The notes under the pieces were generated by a model. It was given only the letters and a program-made list of their open reading frames with translations. It did not search any database and had not been told where the DNA came from. A stretch of DNA of 64,000 bases. Source: Eledone cirrhosa (taxonomy: Eukaryota). A program made the position numbers and the translations under genes. Position 1 is the first letter of the stretch. Each line of letters begins with the position of its first letter. Below, piece after piece: positions 11,342 to 22,806 of the stretch. The stretch spans positions 9,672,001 to 9,736,000 of the forward strand of contig OZ024763.1 of the NCBI GenBank assembly GCA_964016885.1, read 5' to 3'.

Positions 11342-12290
11342 CAGCGCTGCCGAAGTTGGTACGTATTATTTACCCTTAATTTCACTTTCTGAACATTTGG
11401 TACTTCATCCAGATTTTTTGGTCCATTTTAGAGATTGTACTTGCTTTGTGAATTTGGCTTAATTGAAATTCTAAAATCACCATTTAATAATTTACTATTT
11501 ATCAACTATAACAACTTTTACACTGAGAAGCTATCCATTAAATGTATTTTCCCACCAGATCTCACTTGACATCAATAACTCTTCTGTGTTATTAACGTAC
11601 TATTTCCTCACAAACGATCAGTGGATGTTTTACTTGAATAGATTCCACTGACAATATGCAAGGACATCTAAATATAGATAGATTAAGACAAATTCTTGGA
11701 AGACAACTGCAGTTGGGTCATGGTGTGCAGTGTGCTTTGGTGGCAGCACCTTTCAATATCTGAACTTATCTGAAATATTGATGTGATATGTTTACAAGCT
11801 ACCTGAAGCTTTAGACCCAACCAATGTTATTGAAGAGAAACCAAAATCAATCATACCACTGGCAATGAAATGTTCCAAATTTATGCATGAAGACCAATAT
11901 GAAGAAATAGAGAATGGAGGGAGTTGACTCCTCTGGTTTCATTTCTCAAGAAAAATCTGATGACATATATCTCTGCTCGATGCTATCTATGCTTTAAAAA
12001 CATCATTAAATACCCTGCTAAGACCAAAGTCTCTGCTGCTAAATGTTGACTTCACTAAGTGACATCCACAACTGCAACTTTGTCTCAAACTACAAGAAAC
12101 TGGTACAGCAAGAAAAGTGTGGAAGAAGACATTTCTTTTTAATTAAAATATATAAAGTAAATGTAAAATATTTTCTATTTTTAATATTTATTATATATTG
12201 GTGTAAATGGATTTGGTATGTTTTTGTATATTTGGGTACTTTTTAAAGAAAGTTTTTGGTACTATTGAGAAAAAAGTTTCAACAGCCCTG
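11342..12290 (+). mobile_element. Decayed TIR DNA transposon with 8-bp TSD (P-element- or hAT-like)
   Basis: Ends CAGCGCTGCCGAAGTT and rc CAGGGCTGTTGAAACT (11/16 identical). Flanks ATGGAAAC (11334-41) and GTGGAAAC (12291-98). TTGGTAC-like subterminal motifs at both ends. Confidence 0.6.
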
Positions 12291-12879
12291 GTGGAAACTT
12301 AGCAGCACAGAAACAGGAACTGTCCAAGGGCGGATGAATTCCTCAGAGTCAATGTCTATGGGTGAAATAGTGTCACCAACCTGCAAGCAACGTGAGTATG
12401 GCTACACCCACTAGAGAGGTTAAACTCCATGACAATAACACATGTGATCCTCATAACTGTCCTGTTATCCTGCCTTGGCTTGTCACTGGTCACATAGCTG
12501 TGGGAATGGAGTGGGTTCTGTGTGTGTAGCACAAGCACATAACATTGTCATCTTTATGTGGAGATATTTCTTCACAAGTCCGACAGTGGTGGAGGAATGG
12601 CAATGTGTGCTGACACGACTAGTTAAAAGCACATAGTCACAAATCTACATGTGGGTGGCTCAAGTCTTATCCTAAAGTTGCTGCACTGTAAACTGAACAG
12701 CAACATGATTCGGCAGAGTCTTGAGCATCTGAGCAGCTTTTGTAGGGATGTACTGCTCAACCATACCACATGGGAAGGGTCAAGGAAAGGTGATCTAAAC
12801 AAAGTCAGTTCAGTCATCAAACTGGCCAGAAGCCTGTGGTCAGCAGTGGTTCATAATAGCAGGAGAAAAACCAAGACAT

Positions 12880-13268
12880 ATAACAAAAAGTACAGAATGG
12901 GTGCTGGTACTTGGAACATGAAGACACTTCTTGAATACAGAGCGTCCAGTAACCTAAAACATCAAACTGGTTTGATAGCAAAGGAATTGGTTCGGTATGG
13001 TATTGACATAGCTACCCTCGCTGAAACACGGCCGAGTGGTGAGGATCAGTTGACAGAATTCAAGGTGGGTTACACCTTTTTCTGGAAGGGCAAGCCTGAG
13101 GGTGAGAAACGTATTTGCCATTTGATTTGAGTTAGCTGTAGCAACTTTATTGTGTCAGTGACAGAATCATGATTCTCAAAGTTACTTTACTGTAATTCTT
13201 TAACTATATTTTCTGTTTAGGCTCCAATTCTCTCCAGTAGTGAAGAATCCATAATACCATTCTATCAA
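12880..13268 (+). pseudogene. RTE (BovB-like) APE endonuclease N-terminus
   Basis: GTWNMKTLL...KELVRYGIDIATLAETR...GYTFFWKGK. The probable 5' UTR lies upstream, ~11270-12880, interrupted by the TIR element. Confidence 0.8.
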
Positions 13269-13304
13269 CATATATATACCTATACACACACACACATGTA
13301 TGTA

Positions 13305-13630
13305 TCATCATCATTTCATTTTACGTCCACTTTTCCTTGCTTGCAAGGGTGGGACGGGAACTGATTCTGGCTTGATTTCTACAGCTGGATGCCCTTCCTA
13401 ACACCAACCTCATTTACAGTGAGTGCTTGGTGCTTTTTTGCTGTGGCACCTCCACGACCACTTTGCAGTGGAATGATAGGAGCCCCAGTCCCATCATCTC
13501 ATTTCTACAGCTGAGTAAACTGCAGCAATGTGAAATAAAGTGTCTTGCTCAAGGAAACAACACATCACCCGGTCTGAGAATTGAACTCACAACCTTTCGA
13601 TTTCAAGGCCAATCCACTAAGCCATGTGCC
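13305..13630 (-). mobile_element. tRNA-derived CORE-SINE (family 1)
   Basis: Near-full reverse-complement copy of 564-893. Confidence 0.85.
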
Positions 13631-13874
13631 TCCATATATATAACACAAAAGCAAAGGAATGACTTCACTTTTTGATTTAATTTTATAATATTACAATTTA
13701 GTTTTGTAAAATTATAATATAAAATTAAATTAAAATTAAAAGCAATGAGTTATTTAATTTGTTGATTATTCAACAAATTTAATTTATAACAGATTAGAAG
13801 CACTCTACAAATTTTTTCTGGAGTATAATATCAATAATATTAATAAATGGAAACTATCTTTACAAAACCATATT

Positions 13875-13935
13875 TATTTTATTATATATATTTCAAGAGT
13901 ACCAATATTTTGGTACGCTCTCATCAGATAAAATA
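13875..13935 (-). ncRNA. Minimal type I hammerhead ribozyme motif (family A)
   Basis: rc: TATTTTAT-CTGATGA-gagcGTACCA aaatat TGGTACtctt-GAAA-TATATA-TA-ATAAAATA. Perfect 8-bp stem I and palindromic loop III. Confidence 0.85.
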
Positions 13936-14005
13936 CAAAAATTGGTTTACAGATAGTGACATATTGAGATAAGAACTTAATGTTGTGAGTTTTATTTGAA
14001 TAGTC

Positions 14006-14029
<24 letters not shown>

Positions 14030-14037
<8 letters not shown>

Positions 14038-14230
14038 GTGAGGTTTTTTGTACAAAATGAAAAATAACCGAGATGTCCTACACGAGTGAAAGTAAAAGGA
14101 AAAAAGATGAAATTGAAAATGCTACTGGAATCTTTTTTTTTTTAAATATATTTATTTGGTTCCTTTACTGGTTTCGCAGTTCTTCTGCTTTTCAAAAGTA
14201 GAGTTGAGATGGAGGGTCTGTGGTTTTTCT
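14030..14230 (-). mobile_element. ~200-bp repeat (family C) carrying a U3-A8 hammerhead motif at 14163-14198
   Basis: Reverse complement of 22610-22813 and 33532-33720. rc: CTT-TTGAAAA-GCAG aagaa CTGC-GAAA-CCAG-TA-AAG. Flanked by TA repeats. Confidence 0.75.
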
Positions 14231-14235
14231 CACAT

Positions 14236-14291
<56 letters not shown>

Positions 14292-14468
14292 ACATAAACA
14301 GAGAAGGCCTTAAGCGATACTCTGACCAACTCCATCTCACTCAACATACATTAGGATATACCTAAGTATTTTCCCAATTTAGTGTTTGGGTGCTAACTAA
14401 TCAGTATTTTGTGGATAGCTGGTTGTATTATGTTATATGAGACATTATTAAATAAATATCTCTTTCCT

Positions 14469-14592
14469 TTCAGACAGCTGTTTCGTTATAAGATTTCTAC
14501 AATTTGGGATAAATAATTTCCAGGTTATGTAGAAACTTGTATATAATCCATAGTTTTATACACAAGCAGGCTCTTATAAACTCATCAGTGGA
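14469..14592 (-). ncRNA. Hammerhead ribozyme motif with long branched stem II (family D)
   Basis: rc: CA-CTGATGA-G(T)TTATAAGA...two internal hairpins...TCTTATAAC-GAAA-CAGCTG-TC-TG. Confidence 0.75.
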
Positions 14593-15329
14593 TGCCCAAA
14601 TAATATCGATATAAAAATTACATTGACATTAATAAATTAGTGATGGTCTCCCTCAGCGCTAAGAAGAGACTGGTAGATTAGAAAATCCAGCAGTCCTCTC
14701 AAAGATAAAATACACGCTGTCCCCAAGAGGGTAAGGGGAGGTAATCTTAAAATAAAACAATATACACACTGGTCATTTAAACCTGTTAGGTATTAACCAC
14801 GTGTATAAGAACTCAATTGGATATTAAAAGAATAAATATATGTATACACAATCAATGCACACACAGAGATATTAAAACATAATAAATACATGTATGGATC
14901 ACCCATATACACACATAGCTATTCTCTAAGGCTATATATATATAAGAAAAGACATATATCATAAAGGTAGAAGAGAAAGAACTTAGAATCTCTGAAGATT
15001 CTAACAACAAATTCTTTATAATAATATGTATATGCACACATATATATATAAACCTGTTATATAGATATTGTGCCTTAGATAAAACACTGTGTAAGGTGTA
15101 AATTTTGTTTTTAAATGTATTAACTTCTCCATTTATTTTTGCTTATATATAGAGAGAGAGGGAGAGAAAAGATGAAGTTGGAAATAGCACAGAAAATATA
15201 TTCTAGGGTCTGTTTTTCTTTTTTTTCCTTTCTTTGATTCGTCAAAGTTACATTGTTGAAAAGATGAGAGGGACAATTCTTTTAAAAAAGAGTTTTATAA
15301 TGTATATAAAGTATTACCAGTTTCAATGT

Positions 15330-15502
15330 ATTATTGGCAGTATCGGCAGAAGTCGGACACCATGCTTTGCAGCATAGAGTTATGTCCCTTTATGATCTGA
15401 GGTTAACTTTGCCTTTCATCCTTACGGGGTCAATAAAATAAAGTACCAGTAATGCACTGGGTAATTTGCTGGCCTTGTGCCAAAAGTAAAAACAATTATT
15501 AA
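15330..15502 (+). mobile_element. Meta-domain-type SINE (family 2)
   Basis: TTGGCAGTATCGG head, GAGGTTAACTTTGCCTTTCATCCTTACGGGGTCAATAAAATAAAGTACCAG, tail GGCCTTGTGCCAAAAG...AATTATT. Confidence 0.75.
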
Positions 15503-16119
15503 AATACTTCAATGTTTAGTATTACAATTAAAAAGAATTAATAAAAATTAAAGATTTAGAATTAAGAGGTAAGCTTTTTTCATCTTCCTTGTTGAGAAGG
15601 AGACTGGAGAATGAACTCTCGTGTATAGAGAGAGAGGTGTAGTCATGAAGTAGCAGCAGTAGTGGTGGTAGTTGTGTTTCTTCACAGAACAATATTGTTT
15701 TTTAGGACAAAGGAAATATTCTATAAATATGTGTATCTCAATTGTGTTAATGGACTGGTCAAGAGTTCAGATGGGGGGGGGGGGGGTTGTAAGCTAGAGA
15801 CAAATTCTATGGCAACAGTAGGGTTGTAAAAGAAATTCTATTTTTGGAATATGGTTTTAGGGAGTGTGTGTAGTGTAAGAGTGTATATATAAAAATACAC
15901 TCGTGTGTGGGTGGGGTGGGGGGTGTTTCAGCCTTTCTGTCACAGGTCCCTTTGTGGTGGGAAATAAAAAAAAAAACAGAGCAGAGTACCAGTGGAGACT
16001 TTCAATCATGAATTTTGGGAAAATATGTGAATGAGCAATTTTTTCTCTCTTATTTCGCAGTGGGGGAGAGAGAGAGAGAGAGAGAGAGAGAATCTAATGG
16101 GGGTGATTACATATTTAAT

Positions 16120-16620
16120 TTTGGTTTAAACTTGTTAATAAATAGTTTTTCTTTATTTATTCTTTGTTGGAGCACTTGTAAAGGGGGAAGATTTTAAAGT
16201 TGGGTAGAGTTATTCCTGCACAATCTGCAATGTGGCTACTTGAGGAGATTTTTCTTGTGTTTACGACTCGGATTTGTTGGCGATGGATAGTCATTCTTTT
16301 GCATAATGTCACACCTGTCTGTCCTATATAGTTATGTTGACAGTCACTGCATGTGATTACGTAGATCAGGTTTTCTGAGTTGCAAGTGAAGATGTTTTTC
16401 ACTGTGAAAGTTTGGCCATCTTTAAACGTGAATTTTTGTCCTTCAATTAAGTATAGGCATGTGCCACAGTTTGTTCTTCCGCATTTTGTTACCGTAAGGT
16501 TGGAGATTGGTTTGTGTATATTTGTTTCAGTGAGAATGTGTTTTAGGGATTTGGATTTCGTTTTACTTTTGATGATCTTGTATGTTTCTAGGATTTTTTC
16601 AATTTTCATCTTTAAATAAA
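16120..16620 (-). pseudogene. PLE GIY-YIG endonuclease, Neptune-like (Cys-rich linker)
   Basis: KCGRTNCGTC linker, FTCNSENLIYVITCSDCQHNYIGQTGVTLCKRMTIHRQQI...SSHIADC. Confidence 0.85.
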
Positions 16621-16787
16621 ATGGGGAGGTTTTTGTGTAGGAGGTCGAACATTTCAGTGTTTCTGGGGTAGAACGTCGATACATATGGTAAGGTATTGTT
16701 TGTGGTTCTGTGCTTAATGAACAGGAGAGGTGACAGTATGCACCCTTGGTGGAGTCCAATTAAACCAAAATTGCCTTAGATTTTTGT

Positions 16788-17140
16788 TTAAGATTCGTTC
16801 TTTATGTAAAGGATTTCCTGGGCTTTGGAGGCACAAAGATCACATGAACTTTTATTTCCATTATAGGATCTAGCTTTAGCTAAAATCTCCCAGTGTAACC
16901 TATATCGAATGTCATTATCTTTTAAACTCCAGATATAGGCAGAAAGTGAAGTCATATTCCTTGTTAAAGGGTTACAAAATGAATGGGAGTGCATGTACAG
17001 ATGCTGCTTAAATCTATTGGTAGTTAACCCTACGTAACCTTACTAGTTGTGGGTGTATAAACCTTACATTTGTAAACTATATTGCTTGATTTCCTGGCTA
17101 GAGGGTAGTAGTCCCTATTGATACAATTGCAGCTAAAACT
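16788..17140 (-). pseudogene. Second PLE GIY-YIG endonuclease of a different type (Naiad-like)
   Basis: SCNCINRD..PL, NIVYKCKV, YVGLTTNRFKQ, TSLSAYIWSLK..RLHWEILAKARSYN..SCDLC, with frameshifts. Confidence 0.7.
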
Positions 17141-17548
17141 AACTTCAGGATTGTTTATATTACTATGGCTAGGTAATTTCGCTAAGTTAGATGCAGTGTT
17201 GTGTGTGGAGTTGGGAGTTGTGGAATATATAAATGAGGTTAATCAGCACATCTATCTACACAGGTGAAAAAACTATATATTTTCGCCTGTTTCAAATTCC
17301 AGCAGACAGCAGGGGAAACAGAGCCAAAGCCAGAAATGTACATTGACAGTTGTCCCCCGCTGCTTCTGCTGGAATCTGCTAGATGGCGCTAACCATCAGT
17401 CTTTCAATATTCATAGCAAAACAACTTTCCAAATGTTTATTTATCAAACATACCATATATATCATTAGATATATGAAATACATATACACACACACACACG
17501 TATATATATATATATTTAAAAGAATAGAGGTGTAACACACGAGTTGTG

Positions 17549-17882
17549 ATATATTGGTAAAAGGAAAAGAAAATGCTGACAAATTGTTCCCAGTGAAAAA
17601 TAGTTTAATTAGGAATAAGTAAAAATTAGTAATAAGTATTGGTTAGTATTCAGTTTTAGTTTTAAGTTTTTACCGGTTGCGCATTTCTAATGCTTTTCAA
17701 AAATAATTTTGAGATAGAGCGCTTGTGATGTTTGCTCTAATCTGATTAGAGCAACCGGTAAAAACTTAAAACTAAAACTGAATACTAACCAATACTTATT
17801 ACTAATTTTTACTTATTCCTAATTAAACTATTTTTCACTGGGAACAATTTGTCAGCATTTTCTTTTCCTTTTACCAATATAT
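17549..17882. repeat. ~132-bp essentially perfect inverted repeat with 70-bp spacer; fold-back PLE pseudo-LTR with U3-A8 hammerhead at 17667-17704 (-)
   Basis: 17549-17680 is the reverse complement of 17751-17882. rc motif: TTT-TTGAAAA-GCAT tagaa ATGC-GCAA-CCGG-TA-AAA. Confidence 0.85.
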
Positions 17883-17892
17883 ATATATATAT

Positions 17893-19555
17893 GAGCCCCT
17901 CTACTTGGCATTTGTTGACTTGGAGAAAGCATTTGACAGACTCCTCTATTCCATAATCTGGTGCGCTCTTAGAAAACTAGGAGTAGATGAGTGGCTTCTG
18001 AGAGTAGTATAAACCATGTACAGAAAGGCAGCCAGAAAGGTTAGATTTAATAATGACTATAATGTTCACCAGGACTCTGTTCTTAGCCGTCTCCTGTATA
18101 TTATTATCTTCCAGGCTATAACAGAAGAGTTTAAAACTGGTTGCCCATGGAAACTCTTATATGCTGATGATCTAATTTTCATAGTTGAATGTATGTCAGA
18201 ATTAGAGAAATAATTCCATACTTGGACGTATAACTTGGGATCGAAAGGTCTTAAAACAAACTTGGCAAAGACTAAAGTCTTAGTGAGTAGAAAGGAAAAC
18301 AAGCCGCTGAGTGCTTCAGGGAAATGGCCTTGCTCAGTGTGTAGGAAGAGGGTAAATATTCCATCCTCTGTCCCAAACGTAAATTATGGGTTCACAAGTG
18401 TTGTAGTGGGATCTCAGGCAGGCTTGCAAAGAATGTAGGGACTACTACCACTGCTAGCTACAAAAAAGAAAGCTTTCCCCTCAAAATGAAGGGCAGATTG
18501 TATGATGTGTATACAAATAACAATGTTACATGGTAGCGAGACCTGGGCACTGTCTGCACAGGACCTACGAAAATTGGAAAGAAATGAAGTTTGCATGCTC
18601 CGATGGATGTGTAATAGTAATATATATGAATGGCGAAGTATAAATGAACTGAAAGAGAAACTGAGTATGAGATGGATCAGATGCAGTGTGCAGGAGAGGA
18701 GACTATGTTGGTGCAGACATGTGATGTATTTGGAGGATGATAGCTGCATAAAGATGTGCAGGGTGCTCAAAGTTGATAAAAACTGTGAAAGAGGAAGACA
18801 GGAAATCTTTGGGTGAAGTGATAAACGCACAATTAAACCTCTCAAAGGAGATGACATAGAATCAAGATCTCTGGTGATACGCTGTATTGCAGAAGACCTA
18901 CCATTCTATGTACATGGGATGAAGCAAACATCGAGAAGACACTAGTATGCACCAAATCTTCTCTTTTCCCATCCATCGTCTTAACACTCCACCGTACACC
19001 AGCTAAGTACTCCACCTTAGACTTACCTCTCTATTCCCCATCCTGCATACATGCACCGCTATCTCTCACCTTCCACATCTGATACATCTATCTTGTCCAA
19101 CCCATGCATACACACTCTCCCTCAATGTTGCTGAAATAGCTAAAAACTCTCAGTCAACCCTGTAAGGTGGTCATGTTGTGACTCAACAAAAGCCTCTAGT
19201 CAACCCTGTAAAGGTGGTCATACTGATGACATTCCAAAAGAACACCCAGTTCACTCTGTAAGCTGATCTGGTGCCACAACAACAAAAGCACCCAGTCATT
19301 CCTATAAGGTGGTTGTGACATGACAAAAAGTACCCAGCCCACCCTAGGTAGTGTTGGTGACATAATAAAAAAGTACCCAATCTAGTCTGTCAGTCCACAC
19401 TATAAATGTGGTTGGCATTAGGAAGGACATCCAGCCATAGAAACCAAGCTAGAAACATTTCTGTATGAGCAAGACATGGTCACCTGACCTGGCTTGTCTC
19501 ACAACAGGACAACTCGTCTAACCCATGCTAACGTGGAAAATGGACGTTTAAAAAT
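17893..19555 (+). pseudogene. RTE LINE (long-3'UTR subfamily), RT to 3' end
   Basis: LAFVDLEKAFD, HQDSVLS, LYADDL, MLHGSETW. The 3' UTR has a pyrimidine tract, ~6 degenerate ~42-bp subrepeats (19140-19410), the GGAAGGACATCC module and the terminal hairpin. Confidence 0.85.
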
Positions 19556-20560
19556 TATAATAATGTCTGGGGAATGCTCAGTCACTTACACATTAATCCA
19601 ACGAGCTGGCTGTACCGATGATTGAACAACCAGAACATTCATCGTTAAAATTGATAAATATCCATTGCATAGGTTTATATGAATTTCTTTTGACATGAGT
19701 TGTCTCCCTTATACTGTTGCATATTCAGACCTAAACATTCTGTAAAGATTTAGCAGAAAAAATATAAAACAAGATTGTTAATTCACATATTTATAGAGCC
19801 TAGTGTACAGATGGTTATCAAACTGCGGAGTATCAGATTAAAGGCTTTAACTTTTAACCTGATGCGGTCATAATTGTGTTTTATAGACAAGCATATTATG
19901 GTACGGCAATCCTAGGGTGGGCCCTGCCTTATGTGGAACACTACACCCTCTTCCAGTGTGACTTAATGTGTACACAAACACACACAGGCATGCACCAGAG
20001 AACAAAATAGTTACTTTAATTTTACAATAATTCAACAAATAATGAATGTACATAAATCAAGATTTTCAATCCTTCAATTATTTTGGCAATTCTGTGCATT
20101 CGACAATCTATGTTGGAAGCTATACATCTGTGTGTACCAACCAGTATGTAACCATATGGCTGCCTACCAAACTGGACACAAGAAATGAACTGCCTACCTG
20201 GCTTTAAGAGCAAATTGGCAGGGGCTTTTCCCATTGATATAGCTGCTGCTTTCTTCTCAGCAATCTTGCTCCCATCTTTCCACCTTTATTTTTTTACCTT
20301 TGTTTTTTTTTTCATCTCCGTGTTTACCACACTGTTCACTTTATACTTAAAACCAAATGTATGCATACATTCGGTCATCCACTCCTCCAACATTTATACC
20401 TATCCATTTAAATCTACAATCTTGCTTGACATACTCATGTATACACAGGAGTCTTTCTATCTGTCTCTGTATGTGCATGCATGTGTATATATATATATAT
20501 AGTGCAAATTTAGACGGGAACAAAACAGAGAGGCAGACAAATAATATATATATATATATA

Positions 20561-21030
20561 TCATCATCATTTCATTTTACGTCCACTTTTCCCTGCTTGC
20601 AAGGGTGGGACAGGAACTGCTTCAGGCTTGATTTCTACAGCTGGATGCCCTTCCTAACACCAACCTCATTTACAGTGAGTGCTGGGTGCTTTTTTGCCGT
20701 GGCACCTCCATGACCACTTTGCAGTGGAATAAAAGGTTGTGAGTTCAATTATCAGACCGGGTGATGTGTTGTTTCCTTGAGCAAGACACTTTATTTCACA
20801 TTGCTCCAGTTTACTCAGCTGTAGAAATGAGATGATAGGGACCCCAGTCCCTATCATTCCACTGTAAAGTGGTCGTGGAGGTGCCACGGCAAAAAAGCAC
20901 CCAGCACTCACTGTAAATGAGGTTGGTGTTAGGAAGGGCATCCAGCTGTAGAAATCAAGCCAGAATCAGTTCCCGTCCCACCCTTGCAAGCAGGGAAAAG
21001 CGGACGTAAAATGAAATGATGATGATGATG
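20561..21030. mobile_element. Two family-1 SINE pieces in inverted orientation (20561-20730 minus; 20731-21030 plus)
   Basis: 20561-20730 is the reverse complement of ~20856-21030 with few mismatches. The plus copy lacks the A box. Confidence 0.85.
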
Positions 21031-21031
21031 A

Positions 21032-21372
21032 TATCCATTGGAACATGCATGCTTCATTTCTTTCCAATCTTCTCAGGTCCTCTGTATACAGTGCCCATGC
21101 CTCAATACCATACAATATTACTGTTCATATACATGCATTGTACAATCTGCCTTTCATTTTTAGTAAAAAAACCTTATGTAGCTGCAGCAGTAGTAGCTCT
21201 CTGAACTTTCTCTATCCCGTTCTTACTCTAGCTACTGTACTTTCAGAACACTCTCTACCACTGCTGATTTCATCACTCAAGTAACGGAAAGTGTTGACTA
21301 TTTCTATAGAACAATCTGGGCAATTGAAGGAGCGAGTATCCTGTGGGCACTTGCTACTTACTGCACCTGAGC
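21032..21372 (-). pseudogene. RTE LINE fragment (post-RT region)
   Basis: Reverse complement homologous to 35225-35505. Confidence 0.7.
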
Positions 21373-21659
21373 CTTCTACCTTAAAACTCTTTAGGCTCTA
21401 GTTCTGATTTTACTTCCGTCCACTATATTTTTTTAGAACTTTAGGCTGACCCAACTGAAAATTTTTTTTCTATGTAACCTGATCTCTTTTACGACTAGCA
21501 TGTGTCCAAATGGCAGTGAGTGGTAGCGTGGTAGTAGTAGGCGTACTATGTATACAGACCCCCTAACCCAACTGGCAGGGTGGGTGTAGTATGCATACTA
21601 TGCATACAGCCCTCTGACCAAACCGGCAAGCTGAAATTGATGAGATTCCTCACTTGAAG

Positions 21660-22045
21660 GCGGTCAACCAGACTGGCAACAGCTGGCCCTGACTGCCTTT
21701 GAGTCTTAACATTTCTCTCTGCTTTTTAGCCTCTTGGATTGTGTTTACCATGATTCCTTTATTATATAACTTTTATGCAATAAACACCTGATGTCACCAG
21801 GATCTTATGTAACCTGGCCACTGAAATGTACGGTGTTTGCTATAATAAATTTTAGAAGGAATTTCACCAGTCCGGCCTCCTGTCATTTTACTCAATAATA
21901 ATTAACTCCGTTCTCGCACCACCAACAAGATTCAGCATCAAAGATGGATGAGTTGCATAATGTTGAGTGCTTTTCTTAATATTACATCACGGTTGACTAT
22001 ACGGAATCACCAGTTCTATCCAGTGGTGAACCAACAAACCTAAAT
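21660..22045 (+). mobile_element. PLE pseudo-LTR, family B, with eroded hammerhead (21783-21838)
   Basis: AAACAC-CTGATG(3-nt deletion)tcaCCAGG...CCTGGccact-GAAA-TGTACG-(TA lost)-GTGTTT. The remainder aligns with 10120-10306. Confidence 0.7.
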
Positions 22046-22224
22046 GTATATATATATATATCCCACCCTTGCAAGCAGGGAAAAGCGGACGTAAAATGAT
22101 GATGATGATGATATATATATATGTATGTAAAAGGTAAACAGAAATAACAACACAATCAGTACAGTATATGGAAGGGATATATTAGATTAATGCTTGATAT
22201 AGCACGAACAGGGTCTTAACGTTT

Positions 22225-22261
<37 letters not shown>

Positions 22262-22299
22262 TTAAAGGTTAAACAGGGTTCAATGAATAAATCAAAGAA

Positions 22300-22593
22300 T
22301 GAGTTTTACAATAGATTGGAAGCACCCAACAAAAATGGTTTTCCGGAGTTATTAATATTAATTCAAAATATTAACAAAAATAGACAATTCTTGTGATCAA
22401 GTATATGTCACTATACATATTTCTACCATGACTGAATCTTAACCATCTACTATGTTAGGGTATGTTATGCATCATCTTGTTTTATCTGATGAGGATGTAC
22501 TGTTGAAGTTAGCTCAGTACCTCTGAAATATGTATAGTGAAATATACTTGATCACAAGAATTGTCTATTTTTGTTAATATTTTGAATTAATAT
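22300..22593. mobile_element. Fold-back PLE pseudo-LTR (family A-related) with ~70-bp inverted repeat
   Basis: 22355-22424 is the reverse complement of 22525-22593 (about 1 mismatch). The hammerhead lies between and overlaps the arms. Confidence 0.8.
22479..22543 (+). ncRNA. Minimal type I hammerhead ribozyme motif (family A-related)
   Basis: GTTTTAT-CTGATGA(22486-92)-ggatGTACTG...CAGTACctct-GAAA(22525-28)-TATGTA-TA-GTGAAAT. Stem I pairs with G-U. Confidence 0.75.
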
Positions 22594-22609
22594 ATATATA
22601 TATATATAT

Positions 22610-22806
22610 GAAAAACCACAGACCCTCCATCTCAACTCTACTTTTGAAAAGCAGAAGAACTGCGAAACCGGTAAAGGAACCAAATAAATATATATATATT
22701 TTTTTTAATAAGACTCCAGTTGCATTTTTGATTTCATCTTTTTTTCTTTATACTTTCACTCGTGTAGGACACCTGTTATTTTTCATTTTGTAAAAAAAAA
22801 CCTCAC

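Noticed and set aside
20022-20234. Possible exon, including an MVTYWL string reminiscent of cyclase C-termini
   Set aside because: The preceding KGKG motif is missing, splice context is unconvincing and no other cyclase exons are present.
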